From an uncultured Alphaproteobacteria bacterium (GTDB lineage Bacteria; Pseudomonadota; Alphaproteobacteria; Acetobacterales; Acetobacteraceae), in the NCBI GenBank assembly GCA_963812475.1, contig CAWEVI010000007.1, positions 2,693-66,692 on the forward strand: a DNA stretch of 64,000 bases, given 5' to 3'. The stretch's first letter is position 1. Each line of letters begins with the position of its first letter. Of the stretch, positions 9,102 through 18,932 are shown piece by piece. The notes beneath the pieces are model-generated. The model searched no databases and had not been told where the DNA came from. It saw nothing but the letters and a program-made list of their open reading frames with translations. The position numbers were made by a program, and so were the translations under genes.

Positions 9102-12100
9102 ATGCCGATGGCCTCAGTCCCCCGATCAGCCGGCGCAACGCCTGCCATGGCGCAATGGTTCGCCGCCAAGGAAGCACACCCGGATGCGCTGGTGTTCTTC
9201 CGCATGGGCGATTTTTACGAGCTGTTCTTCTCGGACGCCGAGGCTGCCGCAGCCGCCCTCGACATCGCGCTGACCCAGAGGGGCGAACATAACGGCAGTC
9301 CGGTGCCGATGTGCGGCGTGCCACAGCATGCGGCCGAGGCCTATCTCGCGCGCCTGATCCGCCGCGGCTTCCGCGTGGCGGTGGCTGAACAGATGGAGGA
9401 CCCCAAGGCGCGCACCAGCAAGGCGCCGATCCGGCGCGAGGTGGTGCGCCTTATCACGCCTGGCACGATCACCGAGGAAGCCCTGCTGGAAGCCGGCCGA
9501 GCCAATTTGTTGCTGGCGCTGGCGCTGGATGGGCGGGTGGGCGTCGGCGCGGCGTGGCTCGATGTTTCCACCGGCCTGTTCGAGACGATGGCGCTTGCCC
9601 AGGCCGATCTTCCCAGCCTGCTCGGCCGGCTTGAACCGGCGGAGATTCTCGCTGCGGCAACCTTGCCTCTTGGCGACTGGGCGGGCAGGCGCGCGCCCGA
9701 TGTCGTGCCATCGCCGCCGTTGGTGGCCCGTCGGCGGCTGGCCGAGGCATTCGGCGTCGCCAGCGTTGACGCGTTCGGCAGCTTCGCCGATGCCGAGGCC
9801 ATCGCTGCGGTTATGGCGGTGGACTATGTCCGTGCCACCCAGGCGGGCACACTGCCGCGCCTGGCGCACCCCGCGCCGCAGGGTGCCGCCGGGCTGCTGT
9901 CGATGGATGCGGCAACGCGCTCCAGTTTGGAAATCCACCGTGCGCGGGACGGCGGAACGTTGCACACGCTGCTCGGCACCGTGCAGCGAACGCTCAGCCC
10001 TGCGGGCGCGCGTATGCTGGCGGGCTGGCTGTCCGCGCCGCTCACCGACACCCCGGCGATTGCGGCACGCCAGGATGCATGGTCCTGGCTGTTGGCCGAG
10101 CACGCCGCCGCCGAGCGGCTGCGGGCTGCTATGCGGTCCGCGCCTGACATCGCTCGCGCTCTGGCACGGCTGTCGGTCAATCGCGGCGGACCGCGCGACC
10201 TCGCTGCGCTGCGCCACGGGCTGGCGGCCGCGCAGGCTGCGGCGATGGCGCTCAGTGCGTCCGGCGCCCACCTGCACCCACACGCACAGCCACCCGCCGC
10301 CACCGCACAGTCATGCGCGCCCAACGCACACACACAGTCACACGCCCCGCACGCACACGCCCCGTACGCACAGTCCCGCGCGCCCAGCGCGGACGCACAG
10401 TCACACGCCCCGCACGCACACGCGCAGTCACACGTCCCGCACTCGAACGTCATGGCCGGGCCTGACCCGGCCATCCCCACGACCGCGAATGCCGCAACAG
10501 ATGGCCGGGTCAAGCCCGGCCATGACGAAGCATGTGGGCCCGGCGATGACGGAGCACGTGGGCCCGGCCACGACGGAGCGGTTGCGCCAGGCCATGACGG
10601 AGCACTTGGGCCAAGGCCCGATGGAGTGCTTGCGGGAGAATTGTCCGTCGCGCTGCCTCCAGCGCTGCGGACCGCGTCCACCGCCCTCCACGTCGATCCG
10701 TCACTGGAGCACCGCCTGGCCGACGCGCTGGCCGACCCGGCGCCGCATCGCCTGGACGACGGCAACGCCATCCGGGCCGGTTTCGACGCCGAACTCGACG
10801 CCGAACGCGCCCTGCGCGACGATAGCCGACGAGTGCTGGCAACGCTGCAACTCGACTACGCGCAGCGCTACGGCGTGGCCAGCCTGAAGATCCGCCACCA
10901 CGCCCAACTCGGCTACGTCATCGAAGCGCCTGCCGCCGTGGTGGAAAAGCTGCGCGAATTTCCCGAACTCACATTGCGCCAGGGCATGGCCAACGGCGCG
11001 CGCTTCACCACACCGGAACTCTCGGACCTCGACCGCCGCATCGCTGAGGCCGGTGAACGTGCCGCGGCACGCGAGCGCGCGGTGTTCGCCCAACTGGTGC
11101 AGGAGGCCCTGGCCCATGCCGATGCGCTCGCCGCCTGCGCCGATGCGCTGGCCTTCCTCGACGCCGTGCAGTCCGCCGCGAAGCTGGCCGAGTCCGGCAC
11201 GTGGTGCCGCCCCCAGGTAACCGATAACGACGAGTTCCTGGTGAAATCCGGCCGCCACCCGGTCGTGGAAGCGGCGCTGGCAGGACACGCGGCCTTCGTG
11301 CCCAATGACTGCGACCTGTCCGCGGAGCAGCGCGTCCTGTTGCTCACCGGCCCCAACATGGCGGGCAAATCGACCTTCCTCCGGCAGAACGCGCTGATCG
11401 TCGTGCTCGCCCAGGCCGGGCTGCCGGTTCCCGCGGAAGCCGCGTCCATCGGCGTGGTGGACCGGCTGTTCTCCCGCGTTGGCGCGGCGGACGATCTGGC
11501 GCGCGGCCGTTCCACCTTCATGGTGGAGATGACCGAGACCGCCGCGATCCTGCATCAGGCCGGCCCGCGCTCGCTGGTCGTGGTGGACGAGATCGGCCGC
11601 GGCACCGCGACGCTGGACGGCCTGGCGATCGCCTGGGCGGTGCTCGAGGCGCTGCACTCGGCAATCCGCTGCCGCACCATCTTCGCCACACACTTCCATG
11701 AGCTTGCCGAACTCGCGGACCGGTTGCCGCGTCTCAAGCCGCACACGATGCGGGTGAAGGAATGGAAGGGTACAGTGGTGTTCCTGCACGAAGTGGCCAC
11801 CGGTGCGGCGGGGCGCTCCTGGGGCGTGCACGTCGCGGAACTGGCCGGGGTGCCGGCGCCGGTGGTGCGACGGGCCGCGTCCTTGCTCGCGTCCTTGGAA
11901 AAGCACGGGGGCCCGCTGGGAGCGGCAGGCTCGCCGCTCACGGCATTGCCGCTCTTCGCCGCCGCGCCTTCCGCGGGGCAGGCAGAAGCCCCGTCTTCAC
12001 CGGATCCCGATCCACTCACCGAGGCGATCGCCGCCCTGGAACCGGATCGGCTCACCCCGCGCGACGCGCTGGACGCATTGTATCGCCTGAAAGCAATGTT

Positions 12101-12128
12101 GGCAGTTCCCGACGCGGCGGCGAACTAG
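9102..12128 (+). CDS. mutS: DNA mismatch repair protein MutS carrying a ~123-aa in-frame repeat insertion
   Basis: N-terminal TPAMAQWFAAKEAHPDALVFFRMGDFYELFFSDA, Walker A GPNMAGKST, and DEIGRGT. It is 1008 aa, against ~880-915 aa as I recall for relatives. It is divergent from maeB. Confidence 0.92.
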   Translation: MPMASVPRSAGATPAMAQWFAAKEAHPDALVFFRMGDFYELFFSDAEAAAAALDIALTQRGEHNGSPVPMCGVPQHAAEAYLARLIRRGFRVAVAEQMEDPKARTSKAPIRREVVRLITPGTITEEALLEAGRANLLLALALDGRVGVGAAWLDVSTGLFETMALAQADLPSLLGRLEPAEILAAATLPLGDWAGRRAPDVVPSPPLVARRRLAEAFGVASVDAFGSFADAEAIAAVMAVDYVRATQAGTLPRLAHPAPQGAAGLLSMDAATRSSLEIHRARDGGTLHTLLGTVQRTLSPAGARMLAGWLSAPLTDTPAIAARQDAWSWLLAEHAAAERLRAAMRSAPDIARALARLSVNRGGPRDLAALRHGLAAAQAAAMALSASGAHLHPHAQPPAATAQSCAPNAHTQSHAPHAHAPYAQSRAPSADAQSHAPHAHAQSHVPHSNVMAGPDPAIPTTANAATDGRVKPGHDEACGPGDDGARGPGHDGAVAPGHDGALGPRPDGVLAGELSVALPPALRTASTALHVDPSLEHRLADALADPAPHRLDDGNAIRAGFDAELDAERALRDDSRRVLATLQLDYAQRYGVASLKIRHHAQLGYVIEAPAAVVEKLREFPELTLRQGMANGARFTTPELSDLDRRIAEAGERAAARERAVFAQLVQEALAHADALAACADALAFLDAVQSAAKLAESGTWCRPQVTDNDEFLVKSGRHPVVEAALAGHAAFVPNDCDLSAEQRVLLLTGPNMAGKSTFLRQNALIVVLAQAGLPVPAEAASIGVVDRLFSRVGAADDLARGRSTFMVEMTETAAILHQAGPRSLVVVDEIGRGTATLDGLAIAWAVLEALHSAIRCRTIFATHFHELAELADRLPRLKPHTMRVKEWKGTVVFLHEVATGAAGRSWGVHVAELAGVPAPVVRRAASLLASLEKHGGPLGAAGSPLTALPLFAAAPSAGQAEAPSSPDPDPLTEAIAALEPDRLTPRDALDALYRLKAMLAVPDAAAN
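10263..10632 (+). repeat. Composite repeat block inside mutS (His/Ala/Pro-coding direct repeats, two REP palindromes, 24-nt tandem repeats)
   Basis: An exact 28-nt direct repeat CACAGTCACACGCCCCGCACGCACACGC occurs at 10333-10360 and 10396-10423, a 63-nt period. Palindromes ATGGCCGGG-N5-CCCGGCCAT lie at 10452-10474 and 10501-10523. Five progressively degenerate 24-nt units span 10513-10632. All are in frame. Confidence 0.85.
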
Positions 12129-12142
12129 TACCGATTGCGCGG

Positions 12143-14950
12143 ATGCTGACCCCATTGCCCCTGCCGAAGGCTCCCGAGGCCGCCGCCTCCGTCCTCACCG
12201 ACGCGCTTGCCGACCTCGCCGAAGACGGCCCGGTCTCCCGCGAAGCAGCTTTGGGGGTGTTCCGACGCCATCAGGCGCGAATGCAGCAGCATGTGCAGCA
12301 CGCTTTCGAACAGGACCAGATCAGCGGGCTGCAGGCCGCGCGTCTGCTCGGCAAGCTGACCGACGGGCTGATCTCCTCGCTGTACGACCATGCCATCGCC
12401 GACACCGGGCTCGGTCGGCCCGAGCATCTGTCGGTTGCGGCCACCGGCGGTTACGGCCGCGGCGTGCTGGCGCCGTTCAGCGACATCGACCTGCTGTTCC
12501 TGACCGCGCACGAGCCCACGCCGCAGACGCTTCAGGTCGTCGAATACATGCTGTATTTCCTCTGGGATCTCGGCGTGAAGGTGGGCCACGCCACGCGCTC
12601 GATCGAGGATTGCCTCGTCGAAGGCGCCAAGGACACCACGATCCGCACCGCACTGCTCGATGCGCGACACATCGCCGGCGACGCTCCACTGTTCGCGGAA
12701 TTCCACACGCGTTTCCGCGCCGCCTGCAAGGTAGCCGGCGCCGCCGACTATATCGCCGCCAAGCAGGCTGAACGCGACATACGTCACCGCCGCTATGGCG
12801 ACAGCCCGTTCGTGGTCGAGCCGAATGTAAAGGAAGGCCGCGGTGGGCTGCGCGACCTCCAGACGCTGTACTGGATCGCACGCTACGTCTATGACACGCA
12901 GACCATGGGCGAACTCGCCGATGTCGGCGACGTGCTCACCGAAACCGAGGCGAAGCATGGCCGCCGCGCCTGGGAGTTCCTTTGGACCGTGCGGTTCCAT
13001 CTGCACTACGTCGCGGGCCGCGCCGAGGAGCGACTGACCTTCGACCTGCAGCCTGTCGTCGGCGCTCGCATGGGCTACACCCGCCACGGCCGCCAGGACG
13101 GCGTCGAACGTTTCATGCGTCACTATTTCCTGACCGCGCGCGAGATCTCCCGTCTGACCCGCATCCTCGAGCCGGCCATCCTGCGCGAGGCGCTCGGCCC
13201 GCCCGCGATCGCCGCCGAGACCGACAAGGCGCTGGTGCAGGCGGGGTTTGTGCTGGCGGAAGGCGCGCTGCTGCCGTTGCCGGGCCGCGACTTCGACAAA
13301 GAGCCGACCCAGATGCTGCGCATCCTGCAGGTGGCGCGCGACCGTAATCTGGAACTGCATCCGCTCGCCGTGCGGTCCTTGATCCAGAACGAGCGCCGTG
13401 CCGTGGAATTGCGCGGAAATCCAAAAGCGGCCGCGCTGTTCATGGACCTTATGTGCGGGCGCGAGCCGGACCATCACCGGGCCAGCCCGCATCCCGATGG
13501 CGCGCGATGGCTCTCGATAATGAATGAGACCGGCTTCCTGGGCCGCTTCATTCCCGACTGGGCGCGCATTGTCGGGCAGATGCAGTTCGACACGTATCAC
13601 GTGTTCACCGTGGACGAGCACACGATCGAGGCGGTGCGCGTGCTGAACATGATGGAGCGCGGCGAACTGGCGGAAATCGCGCCGGTCGCCAGCAGCCTGG
13701 TCGATCATCTGCAATCGCGCCGCGCGCTGTATCTGGCAATGCTGCTGCACGACATCGCCAAGGGCCGCGGCGGCGACCATTCGGAGCTAGGCGCGGAGGT
13801 TGCGCTGAAGGTCGGGCCGGCGCTGGGTCTCTCAGCCGAGGAAACCGAGACGGTATCGTGGCTGGTGCTGCACCACCTGCTGCTCTCGACGATTGCATTC
13901 AAGCGCGACATCGAGGATCCAAAGACCATTTTGGATGTCGCGGACACGATCCAGTCACCCGAGCGGCTGCGCCTGTTGCTGGTGCTGACGGTTGCCGACA
14001 TGCGCGCCGTATCGCCGAAGGTCTGGAACGGCTGGAAGGCGACGCTGCTGCGCGAACTGTATGCGCGGGTTGCCGAGGTGCTTGCTGGCGGCTTGTCCAC
14101 CACCGAGCGCGACGTGCGCGTGCAGCGCGCGAAGCAGGCCGCCGCCGCGCTGCTGTCGGACTGGTCGAGGCTGGACATCGAGCAGTTCACGTCACTTGGC
14201 TACCCCGGCTACTGGCTGTCGTTCGATCCGGAGACGCACGCGCGCCACGCCCGTCTGGTGCGCGACGCCGAGGCGCGCAAAGCGCCGCTGACGGTGGATA
14301 CCCAGCCGCTGCCGGCGCGCGCGGTGACCGAGGTCACCGTCTATTGCGCGGACCATGCCGGGCTGTTCAGCAAGATTTCCGGTGCGCTCGCGGTGGCGGG
14401 CGCTTCCATCGTCGATGCCCGCATCCACACGATGACCAATGGCATGGCGCTGGACACGTTCTGGGTGCAGGACGCCGCCGGCGGCGCATTCGACGCGCCG
14501 CACCGGCTGGCGCGACTTGCCGTGCTGATCGAGCAGGCACTGTCGGGAAGGCTGCGCATCGCAACGGAGATCCGCAAGATGTCCAAGGTGCTGCTGGGAC
14601 AGCGCATGCGCGCGATCCATGTCCCGCCACGCGTGGTGATCGACAACCATGCATCCAACACGCACACGGTTCTGGAAGTAAACGGTCGCGACCGGCCCGG
14701 CCTGCTGCACGACGTGACCGCAGCGATCAGCGAGCAGGGGCTGCAGATCGCATCGGCACATGTCACCACCTACGGCGTGCGCGCGGTGGACGTGTTCTAT
14801 GTAAAGGACGTATTCGGCCTGAAGGTAGAGAACGAGCGCAAGCTTGCTCTGCTGCGCGAGGCACTATTGAGCGCTTTGACAAATCCTGACGAGGTCGCGC
14901 CGCCTCAGGCGGTCCCGGCAAGGAAGGGTCGTCGCGCCGTTGCGGGTTAG
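12143..14950 (+). CDS. glnD: Bifunctional [protein-PII] uridylyltransferase / uridylyl-removing enzyme
   Basis: Start chosen at MLTPLPLPKAPE (ATG 12143), giving 935 aa. It has a nucleotidyltransferase motif (GGYGRGVLAPFSDIDLLFL), an HD domain (LLHDIAKG) and two C-terminal ACT domains. The track extension back to 11762 overlaps mutS and is rejected. Confidence 0.92.
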   Translation: MLTPLPLPKAPEAAASVLTDALADLAEDGPVSREAALGVFRRHQARMQQHVQHAFEQDQISGLQAARLLGKLTDGLISSLYDHAIADTGLGRPEHLSVAATGGYGRGVLAPFSDIDLLFLTAHEPTPQTLQVVEYMLYFLWDLGVKVGHATRSIEDCLVEGAKDTTIRTALLDARHIAGDAPLFAEFHTRFRAACKVAGAADYIAAKQAERDIRHRRYGDSPFVVEPNVKEGRGGLRDLQTLYWIARYVYDTQTMGELADVGDVLTETEAKHGRRAWEFLWTVRFHLHYVAGRAEERLTFDLQPVVGARMGYTRHGRQDGVERFMRHYFLTAREISRLTRILEPAILREALGPPAIAAETDKALVQAGFVLAEGALLPLPGRDFDKEPTQMLRILQVARDRNLELHPLAVRSLIQNERRAVELRGNPKAAALFMDLMCGREPDHHRASPHPDGARWLSIMNETGFLGRFIPDWARIVGQMQFDTYHVFTVDEHTIEAVRVLNMMERGELAEIAPVASSLVDHLQSRRALYLAMLLHDIAKGRGGDHSELGAEVALKVGPALGLSAEETETVSWLVLHHLLLSTIAFKRDIEDPKTILDVADTIQSPERLRLLLVLTVADMRAVSPKVWNGWKATLLRELYARVAEVLAGGLSTTERDVRVQRAKQAAAALLSDWSRLDIEQFTSLGYPGYWLSFDPETHARHARLVRDAEARKAPLTVDTQPLPARAVTEVTVYCADHAGLFSKISGALAVAGASIVDARIHTMTNGMALDTFWVQDAAGGAFDAPHRLARLAVLIEQALSGRLRIATEIRKMSKVLLGQRMRAIHVPPRVVIDNHASNTHTVLEVNGRDRPGLLHDVTAAISEQGLQIASAHVTTYGVRAVDVFYVKDVFGLKVENERKLALLREALLSALTNPDEVAPPQAVPARKGRRAVAG

Positions 14951-15093
14951 CAGCGATGAAACGTCACCTGTCGCCGGTGGACACGACTCGGCGCAGCATG
15001 TTCCGATCGATGGCGCGAATATCCGTATCAATTGCGCGGGTCGGAACAGTACCCGTAAGGTCTCCAGGAAATGGTCGTAATGGCTTGATCCTG

Positions 15094-16335
15094 ATGAGAT
15101 GGGCTAAAGACAAGAGCATCTCGCCCTTGCGGAGTGCGTGGCGGCTGTTGCCGCCGCGCACGCGTAGGTATCTGTTCACGCGCGGTTGCGCCATGGTCGC
15201 GCCGGCCATCGCGCGTGAACCACCCCCCGCACGTGCAGGCCTCGCGATCGCCGGCGAACTCTCGGCCACAACCGGCCTCGGTGAAGGTGCCCGTGTCATG
15301 CTGCGGGCGCTGGCGATCCTTGGTGTGCGGAACTGGGAATTTGACGTTGGACCTGCGTGGCGGCCCACCGCTAAACCGGTATTGGCGGGTTTCCGTAGAT
15401 CGCCGAGCAGTGTTCCACTGGTTGTCCACGCCAACGCGCCAATGATGCCGGCTTCACTCATGAGGCTGCCGCGCTCCATGGTGCACGGACGCCGTATCAT
15501 AGGGTACTGGGCCTGGGAGCTATCCAGACTGCCGCCGGAGTGGGCGATAGGCGCATCCTTTGTTCATGAGGTATGGGTGCCGTCGCAGTTTACCGCCGAG
15601 GCGGTGGAACCGTTGCTGCCTGGCCGGGTCCGAGTGGTTCCCCACCCCGTCGCCGTTGCGCCACCGTCGCCATCGGCTCTCGATCGCAGTGCATTTGGAC
15701 TTCCCGATGATGCCGTGGTGGTGCTGGCTGTCCTCAACCTCGCTTCGTCGCTTGAACGCAAAAACCCCTACGCGGCGATCGCTGCATTCCGCGCTGCATT
15801 CGGCGATCGGCGCGACCGGCTGCTGGTGCTCAAGGTGGGTCACCCGACGCACTTTCCGTCAGAGTTCGCGCGTTTGGCGGAAGCGGCCGATGCGCCGAAC
15901 ATCCGTCTGGAGGCGCGCGACCTGCCCACTGCCGACAATCATGCCCTCTTCGCTGCGGCAGACATTGTTCTGTCGCTACATCGGGGCGAGGCATTCGGGC
16001 TCGTCCTGGCAGAGGCGATGTTGCTCGGCAAGCCAGTGATCGCGACGGGATGGTCCGGCAATCTGGAATACATGGACCAGGACAGCGCGGCATTGGTCGG
16101 CTATCGGCTGGTTGCGGCGCGCGATCGTCGCGGTACGTACGATGTTGCGCACGCAGTATGGGCCGATCCTGATCTGGCGGATGCCGTGGCGCATTTGCGC
16201 CGCCTGGCGGACGACGAAGTGGAGCGCAGAGCGCTAGGAGCCCGGGCCCTTGAGGCGGCGTGTCTGCGGCTCGGGCCGCGCCGATTGCTGGCTGCAATCG
16301 ATGCGCTTGGTTTGGCGCCTTGTCGTTGCGAGTAA
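15094..16335 (+). CDS. Glycosyltransferase family 4 (GT-B, group 1)
   Basis: The C-terminal E-x7-E region reads SLHRGEAFGLVLAEAMLLGKPVIATGWSGNLEYM. Start is at ATG 15094 (MRWAKD), and an earlier start at 14956 is possible. Confidence 0.7.
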   Translation: MRWAKDKSISPLRSAWRLLPPRTRRYLFTRGCAMVAPAIAREPPPARAGLAIAGELSATTGLGEGARVMLRALAILGVRNWEFDVGPAWRPTAKPVLAGFRRSPSSVPLVVHANAPMMPASLMRLPRSMVHGRRIIGYWAWELSRLPPEWAIGASFVHEVWVPSQFTAEAVEPLLPGRVRVVPHPVAVAPPSPSALDRSAFGLPDDAVVVLAVLNLASSLERKNPYAAIAAFRAAFGDRRDRLLVLKVGHPTHFPSEFARLAEAADAPNIRLEARDLPTADNHALFAAADIVLSLHRGEAFGLVLAEAMLLGKPVIATGWSGNLEYMDQDSAALVGYRLVAARDRRGTYDVAHAVWADPDLADAVAHLRRLADDEVERRALGARALEAACLRLGPRRLLAAIDALGLAPCRCE

Positions 16336-16511
16336 TAACCGACTGTGCGATGCGTCCGTTGGCTCATTGCTCCATTCGCTTCGATCGCGCGGAATCAGTT
16401 TGAGCACAGGCAACGCGGATTCCACTTCACAATTGGCGTAGATCAATGCTCGGTGCGTCGGATCGCTCGTCTGAGCCGCATCTGGACGCCCCGCGAGAGC
16501 GCCGGCCAACG

Positions 16512-17087
16512 TCATCGTCCCGAGGCACTCTCCGACCGGCGAGACGGGTTCTGTAACGTCAAGGTAGCCATGCTTCCCCACACGCCATCTCGCCGGATCA
16601 GTCCATGGAACAGCGCCGCTGCCACATGGGCAAGGAATGTGGCGAACAACAGATAAGCCAACACCGTGTGCAACTGACGTAGTCCGGCGTACAGGATGGC
16701 GCTTTGTGGCAGAATCGGCGGCAACTCCACCGGTCCATATAGCACGATCGGGTAGCCGCCGGCGGAGAGCATGCCCCAGCCGACGAGGGGCAAGGCAAAC
16801 ATCAGTGCATACAGCGCGAAGTGCGAGGCCTTGGCTGCCAGTCGCTGTAGCGGAGGCAGCGTGGCCGGCAACGGCGGCGGCCTGTTGATCAGCCGGTTGA
16901 TGAAGCGGATCGCGACGAGGACCAGGATCGCGATTCCTAACGGCCTGTGGACCGATAGCAGCAAGCTGTAGCGCCCCGAGGCTGAAGCGGCCATCCCCAC
17001 GCCAATGAACAGCATGGCCAGAACCAGCAACGCCATCAGCCAGTGCAGCAGCCGGGACGGCGCGGAGAAGCGCTCGTCCGCGATCAT
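16512..17087 (-). CDS. Cytochrome b561 family protein
   Basis: 191 aa with four predicted TM helices and conserved His positions (LLHWLMALLVL, SVHRPLG, LHTVLAYLL.. HVAAALFH). Its ATG overlaps the stop of the upstream catalase-like gene (ATGA). Confidence 0.8.
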   Translation of the reverse strand: MIADERFSAPSRLLHWLMALLVLAMLFIGVGMAASASGRYSLLLSVHRPLGIAILVLVAIRFINRLINRPPPLPATLPPLQRLAAKASHFALYALMFALPLVGWGMLSAGGYPIVLYGPVELPPILPQSAILYAGLRQLHTVLAYLLFATFLAHVAAALFHGLIRRDGVWGSMATLTLQNPSRRSESASGR

Positions 17088-18187
17088 CGCCTGCCTCCTG
17101 CGGCGACCTCTTGCGGCGTCACCGCACTGGGCGGTTTCTGACCGCGTTCGCCCTCGCGCAGCGTGAACGAGCGGGAATAGGCAGCGGATCGGGCGCTCAG
17201 GATCGGGTCGTCGGACAGTTCGATTCCAAAGGGCAGCACCGTCGGGTCATAGTTCACGTCCGTGCATGGGCCGCCATCCTCGCTCGACACTTGATCAACG
17301 GTCACCATGCCGGCGTCGATTTGTTGACGGTCCTCCGGCCAGGGCAGTGTTGGGTTGATCGGATCATTGGGCTCTCCGACCGTGACGATAAGCCGCCACT
17401 GCACGGGGTGTGCCGCCACCTGGGCGATAAGTGCGTCGAACATGGCGTTCTTGTCGTCGGCGGTCGACCCATCTTGGGCCGGTGCGAACGGCTGGACCGG
17501 CACGGCGGACCACCTCACCGGCGTCACGACGCCCGCTGCGTTGATGAAGTGGAACGTGTGCAGGGCGTTGTAGGTCGCATCGGCAAAGCCGGAGGATACG
17601 GCACGGTTCCTGATGATTCCGACCGCGGCGACAAATTCAGGATGGGCAGCGGCGAATGCCTGTATTTTCGCGGGATCGGGCTTGCCGGTGACCGGGTCGG
17701 GCCTGCCGGTGAGGAGCTGGTCATAGAAGTCCTGTGCCGTTGACACCGGGAACACCGGGAGGTTGATCATACCGGTGCGCCATTCCTCACCGTTCGTCGG
17801 CAGAAACCGCAGCGCCAGGCTGCGCACCGTGGCGGGAGCGTCCGGGACGAACGGCAACCCTCCGGCGAACGCAATTCGACCCACGACGGGGACGCGACCC
17901 GGCGCGAACACCGCGGCTTTGGAGAGTGAAACTGCCTTCCCATTGCTCTCAAACCAACCGGTGGCGCAAATACCCTTCGCGTGGTTGCGGCGGAAGCCCG
18001 GGTGGAGTCCGTTGACCTCCTCGAAGCCCGCAATGATCCGATCCTGCGTCAGCCGAGCCGGCGAAAACCAGCCACCGGTAAAGGCGAACGCGGCCGCCAG
18101 ACACAGCACGACGGCGCCGATCACGCCAAGCCTCAGCAGCACAGCGGCCGGACTCAGATCCGGCTGGCTGCCGGTCGGGTCACGCAT
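17084..18187 (-). CDS. Catalase-related peroxidase (small catalase-family haem protein) with an N-terminal membrane anchor
   Basis: Motifs include HPGFRRNHAKGICATGWFESNG, VPVVGRIAFAGG, RSLALRF and PVFPVSTAQDFYDQL. Start chosen at MRDPTG (ATG 18187), followed by a TM helix (GVIGAVVLCLAAAFAF). Confidence 0.75.
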   Translation of the reverse strand: MRDPTGSQPDLSPAAVLLRLGVIGAVVLCLAAAFAFTGGWFSPARLTQDRIIAGFEEVNGLHPGFRRNHAKGICATGWFESNGKAVSLSKAAVFAPGRVPVVGRIAFAGGLPFVPDAPATVRSLALRFLPTNGEEWRTGMINLPVFPVSTAQDFYDQLLTGRPDPVTGKPDPAKIQAFAAAHPEFVAAVGIIRNRAVSSGFADATYNALHTFHFINAAGVVTPVRWSAVPVQPFAPAQDGSTADDKNAMFDALIAQVAAHPVQWRLIVTVGEPNDPINPTLPWPEDRQQIDAGMVTVDQVSSEDGGPCTDVNYDPTVLPFGIELSDDPILSARSAAYSRSFTLREGERGQKPPSAVTPQEVAAGGRR

Positions 18188-18376
18188 ACCGTCAAGCACT
18201 TTCCTGCTCCGTCCAGATGCACCCGCGCGATCGCTCGACACTGCACCATAGCAGTTGATCATCGCACGTATGGAATCGACTCATGTGCAGGCATAATACC
18301 GACACCCAGTTCAAATTCCCTCACCACCCTGGCATGCTCCAACCGGGCCCCGGAACAACGCCCGAGTTGTCGAACC

Positions 18377-18799
18377 ATGCTGCATCTCACCAAGCTCGCC
18401 GTGGGCGTGCGCGACATCGACCAGCTGCGTGAATGGCAGGCGGAGCGAGCCGAACGCAATCCGCCGCTGCGCCACCGTACGCGCAACTTCCCGCGCCGGC
18501 ACCACGAGGTGATCGACGGCGGCTCGATGTACTGGGTGATCAACGGGTGCATGCTGGTCCGTCAGCGCATCGTGGACATCATCGAGGATCGCCGCGAAGA
18601 CGGCCGCGCCTGCGCCGGGCTGGTCCTGGACGGCGCGCTGGTGCAGGTCGCCGGGCGGCCAACCAAGCCGTTCCAGGGCTGGCGCTACCTGCAACCGGAC
18701 GCCGCGCCACCCGATCTCGCCGCCGCCCCGAGCGCGCGGGGCGAGGAAGCCCTGCCCCCGGCGCTGCGGCGAGAATTAAGGATGCTCTGCCTGCTCTGA
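18377..18799 (+). CDS. DUF1489 family protein
   Basis: The sequence MLHLTKLAVGVRDIDQLREWQ...HRTRNFPRR...GGSMYWVI matches what I recall of DUF1489 (~140 aa). The start is at ATG 18377, within the longer track ORF. Confidence 0.65.
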   Translation: MLHLTKLAVGVRDIDQLREWQAERAERNPPLRHRTRNFPRRHHEVIDGGSMYWVINGCMLVRQRIVDIIEDRREDGRACAGLVLDGALVQVAGRPTKPFQGWRYLQPDAAPPDLAAAPSARGEEALPPALRRELRMLCLL

Positions 18800-18823
18800 A
18801 TACCGGTTGCGCAAGAAAAACGC

Positions 18824-18853
18824 TTGCACGACTCTGGCGGGCAGAACGATAAT
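18824..18853 (+). promoter_or_regulatory. Sigma-70-like promoter candidate for the small His/Ser-rich protein gene
   Basis: TTGCAC (18824-18829), an 18-nt spacer, then GATAAT (18848-18853). It lies ~80 nt upstream of the proposed GTG start. Confidence 0.4.
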
Positions 18854-18932
18854 CCTCTCAGTCGATTAAGCTTGCTTGTTCGACTCGCCTGCGAGCCTGT
18901 TCCCGCAACCCTGCCATCCCCGGAGCCATCCC

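Noticed and set aside
10263-10632. Possible CRISPR-like array, because of regularly spaced repeats
   Set aside because: The repeats are contiguous 24-nt units or 63-nt-period duplications with no unique spacers. They lie in frame inside mutS, and no cas genes are present in the window.
11762-13780. N-terminal extension of glnD to 11762 and a 551-aa antisense ORF at 12125-13780
   Set aside because: The extension overlaps the mutS 3-prime end. GlnD homology starts at ATG 12143. The antisense ORF has no motif support.
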